NCBI RefSeq assembly: GCF_009914755.1
Contig: NC_060928.1
DNA from: the human T2T-CHM13v2.0 reference genome, Homo sapiens
Direction: 5' to 3' (one strand)
Length of the DNA: 64,000 nt
Below are positions 60,487 through 64,000 of this stretch, piece by piece. The position numbers and the translations under genes are program-made. The notes beneath the pieces were generated by a model. That model was not told the origin of the DNA, searched no databases, and saw only the letters and a program-made list of their open reading frames with translations. Position 1 is the stretch's first letter, and the number at the start of each line of letters is the position of its first letter.

Positions 60487-62568
60487 GCAACATGACAAAG
60501 TAGGAAGCCCTAGACCATCTTTCCCTTGACAAACACCAACTGAGAAACAACTCATGGGCAAACTCCCTTTGTGAGAACTTGGAAACTGTTGAAAGGCTCA
60601 AATACCCAGAGAAGATGTAAAATCAATTCATTGAAGCACGTAGAGAGATTTGGGAAACTCACTGAAAACTTTGACCCTGGGGTAAGCACATATGATCAGG
60701 AAAAGTCTCCCTAGCACCCACCTTCACAGAGGGGAAGGAACAGATTTGTTCACTCATTCAGTGTCCCAACTTTTTTTAAGGGACTTCCCAGATGACTGGA
60801 TTCTGTCTTTTCAGCCTCACAACCCTGATGAGTTCATCACAGTCAAGCTGCCTAGGAGAGAAGGGCAGCAGTGGCTTGGGCTGGTAGGCACTATCAGCGC
60901 TTCTGACTGCTCAGCACAGAGTGAGAAGATTAAAAAATATAATTTCTCAGCTTCTCCCTAGACAGTAAAAATGTTGATTCATGCATCTAATGCTTTCCAA
61001 GGAATTAACATCTGTCTCACTATTTTTGGAGTTCTGACAGGTCCAGCATGGGTTAGCTGCCTGGAGAAGAATAGATGCCAGAGCTCCCATTCTTGGCTCA
61101 GCACAGAAAGAACAAACAAAAACCACAGCCACCTGCCTTCTGCCTGGGGAGGGAAAGAATTGATAGAGGCCCCCAGAATCTCTGACTAAGCTGATTGATA
61201 GGGGTCTTTTCCTGTATGAGGCCAGTCAATGAAGAATGGGAGAAGTCTTTATCTAAAGTGCAGACATCAACACAGACTGTCAAGGAAAATGAAAAATCAG
61301 GCAAAGATGTTCCAAATAAAGGAATAAGATGAATCTCCAGGAATCAATCCTAATAAAATGGAGTTATATCATTTACCAAACAGAGAATGAAAAATTACTC
61401 TCATAAAGGTGCTCATCAAGGTAAAGAGAAGAGTGCATGAATGAAGTGCACTCAATAAAGAGATAGAAAATATAAAAGTATCAAACAGTAATCGTAAAGC
61501 TGACGAAAACAATAACTGAACAAAAAATTCACTAGAAGGATTCAACAACAGACTAAATCAAGTTGAAGAAAGGATCAGCAAACTCAGATACAGGTCACTA
61601 GAAATAATTCAGTCAGTAGAACAAAAAGGAAAAATAAACTAAAAATAATAAATAAATGTTAAGGGGTGTAGTAGTCCATTTTCATGCTACTGATAAAGAC
61701 ATACCCAAGACTGGGTAATTTATAAAGAAAAAGAGATTTATGGACTCACGGTTCCATAAGGATGGGGAGGCTTCACAATGATGGCAGAGGGTGAAAAGCG
61801 TGTCTTACATGGCAGCAGGCAAGAGAGAATGAGAATCAAGCAAAAGGGATTTCCCCTTATAAAACCACCAGATCTCCTGAAACTTACTCACTACTATCAG
61901 AACAGTATGGAGGAAACCACCCCTCATGATTCAATTATCTCCCACCAGATCCCTCTCACAACACATGGGAATTATAGGAGCTAAAATTCAAGATGAGATT
62001 TGGGTGGGGCAACAGCCAAGCTATATCAAGGGAGTTATAGAAAATGTCAAGCAGACCAATATATGCATTATGGGCATCCCAGAGAGAGAAGGACCAGAAA
62101 GCTTACTGAGTGTAGTAATGGTTGAAAACATCTCAAATCTGGGGAAGGAATAAATATTTTGATCCAAGAAGCCTGAAGCATACCAAATAAGATGAAAACC
62201 AAACATTATATTATATTTATTACATTATATTATAATGAAACACATTGTAATCAAATTTTCAGAAAACAAAGAATTTTGAAAGCAGCAGAGAAGACACTTT
62301 TCACATACATGACAAACTTCATAAGACTATCACTAGATTTTTTTTTTAGCAGATACCTTGCAGGCCAGAAGGGAGTGGAATGGTATATTAAAAGTATTGA
62401 AGAAAAACAACTGCCAATCAAGAACACTAAGTCCAACAAAAATCTCCTTCAAAAATGAAAAAGAGATACGGACTTTTCTAGACAAACAAAAGCTGAGGTA
62501 ATTTATCACCACTGGGCTCATAATGCAGAAATGTGAAAGCAAGTTCTTCAAGTTGAAATGAAAGGATG
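60487..62568 (+). mobile_element. Old L1M 5' UTR and ORF1 remnant, interrupted by THE1B and ending at the MLT2A1 insertion
   Basis: caacatgacaaagtaggaagccc start; ORF1 remnants gaagaaaggatcagcaaactc, NICIMGIPE...ENISNLGKE, gacaaacaaaagctgagg. Confidence 0.75.
61667..62028 (-). mobile_element. THE1B-type solo LTR
   Basis: tgtagtagtccattttcatgctactgataaagacatacccaagactggg...gatgagatttgggtgggg...tatca; TSD agggg/aggga. Confidence 0.9.
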
Positions 62569-63030
62569 TGTGATGGTTGATACTGAGTGTCAACTTAATC
62601 AGATTGAAGAATACAAACTATTGATCCTGAGCATGTTTGTGAGGGTGTTGCCAAAGGAGATTAACATTGAGTCAGTGGGCTGGGGAAGGAAGGTCGACCA
62701 TTAACCTTGTTGGCACAAGCTAATCAGCTGCCAGCAAATATACAGCAGGCAGAAAAACATGAAAAGGAGAGACAGGCCTAGCCTCCCAGCCTACATCTTT
62801 CTCCCTTGCTGAATGCTTCCTGCCCTTGAACATCTGACTCCAATGTTCTTCAGTTTTGAGACTCAGACTGGCTCTCTCCTTGCTCCTCAAGCTTGCAGAC
62901 AGCCTATTGTGGAAACTTGTGATCATGTAAGTAAATACTTAGTGAACTCCCATATATAAACATACATATGCTATATAGCATATATACATGCTATTAGTTC
63001 TGTCCCTCTAACAGAACCCTGACTAATACA
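62569..63030 (+). mobile_element. MLT2A1 LTR (5' LTR of HERV-L)
   Basis: tgtgatggttgatactgagtgtcaact...gagggtgttgccaaaggagattaac...gaaccctgactaataca; length ~460 bp. Confidence 0.88.
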
Positions 63031-64000
63031 GATTTTGGTACCAGGAGTGTTCTAGAGGAACAGAATATTAAGGATGGAGTTCCTTCATTGGTTTGGGGGT
63101 TGCTGGAGTTGGCTGCTTAATATGATTAGACCCCAAAAATGCTAAGGACTCTACTTCTAGTAGTATGGAGAGCACTGATAGTCCTTGGTGTGAACTGTTC
63201 GAAGAGTTATGCAAAATAAATGCATTTGACATTCCTGATTCACCATTTGTGAGAGGCAAGTTTAGTGACTCTGTGAGTAATACCTTTGACCATATGTGGA
63301 GAACCAAGGAAAATAATAAAGCTTGTTGTTTGCTCTTAAGTTCAGTGGACAAGTGATGAAAGACAATGATGAACTCAGGGATTCTGTCTCCTGGCTTCAG
63401 AAGCAGATAATGAGCCTCAAATCTGCCAAGGTTGCCCTGAATGAGAGTCTTGTCTCCTGTAGAGAAAGAGCTGAAATTGTGGAAAAACAGACATAAGCAC
63501 TTATGTGAGTGGCTGACCTGCAATAAAAGGTGCATGCAGAGCCTTGCCCAGTGTCTACTGTTAAAGTGAAGGCATTGATTGGGAAAGAATGGTACCCTAC
63601 AATTTGGAACATGGACATGTAGGGGGACCCTGACAAAGCTGGAGACGTTGAGTTTGTAAACTCTGATGAACCTTTTTTATGCCAGAAAGAACAGCTTCCC
63701 CATCCCCAGTACTGGCAATATCTGCTCCCTGACCCATACTGCTATCAGTCTTTCCACCTTTGTCTGAAGAGATAAACCCTATGCTGCCTGAGGCAACAGT
63801 GATGGCCTCCCCTGAGGCGGTTGCCAGGCAAAATAGTGTTGATTCTCCTCAGGAGCCACCCCCAACACCCCTGTTTGCTACTAGAATATAACTAGATTAA
63901 AGTCCTGGCGGGTCCCTAGAGGTGAAGTTGGGAGTGTGACTCTTGAGTGGGTGCACTACACTCAAAAAGAACTGTTTGAGTTTTCGAATTTATATAAACC
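63031..64000 (+). mobile_element. HERV-L internal region (PBS and disrupted gag), continuing past window end
   Basis: PBS-like tggtaccaggagtg directly after the LTR; gag remnant MESTDSPWCELFEELCKINAFDIPDSP...FDHMWRTKE; stops and frameshifts. Confidence 0.9.

Noticed and set aside
62966-62983. 18-bp palindrome atatgctatatagcatat
   Set aside because: Lies in the variable TA-rich tract typical of MLT2A LTRs, where palindromes are expected by chance.

Overview
This is AT-rich, CpG-depleted primate (most likely human) genomic DNA made almost entirely of interspersed repeats. I see no credible protein-coding gene, RNA gene or CpG island. The longer ORFs in the supplied track are broken L1 ORF1/ORF2, Tigger1 transposase, THE1-internal or HERV-L gag remnants, or antisense/Alu read-throughs. 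Main contents: a four-level nest at 12.5-22.8 kb (L1MB > near-full-length Tigger1 > full-length L1PB1-type LINE > AluS); a long decayed L1M (24.9-32.3 kb) with several secondary insertions; a THE1C-type MaLR provirus (37.2-39.3 kb); many L1PA, Alu, MaLR/ERV solo LTR, MER, MIR and L2 fragments; and an MLT2A1 LTR plus HERV-L gag running off the right edge. I found no evidence of a new biological system. The most notable signals are mechanistic. An L1PA4-like insertion shows both a 5' inversion and a ~260-bp 3' transduction inside a perfect 16-bp TSD. A templated-insertion repair scar replaced most of the THE1 5' LTR with a copy of DNA from 1 kb upstream. An L1 ORF2 carries a multi-step fold-back template-switch scar. 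Repeat family names come from recalled consensus sequences and should be confirmed with RepeatMasker/Dfam.
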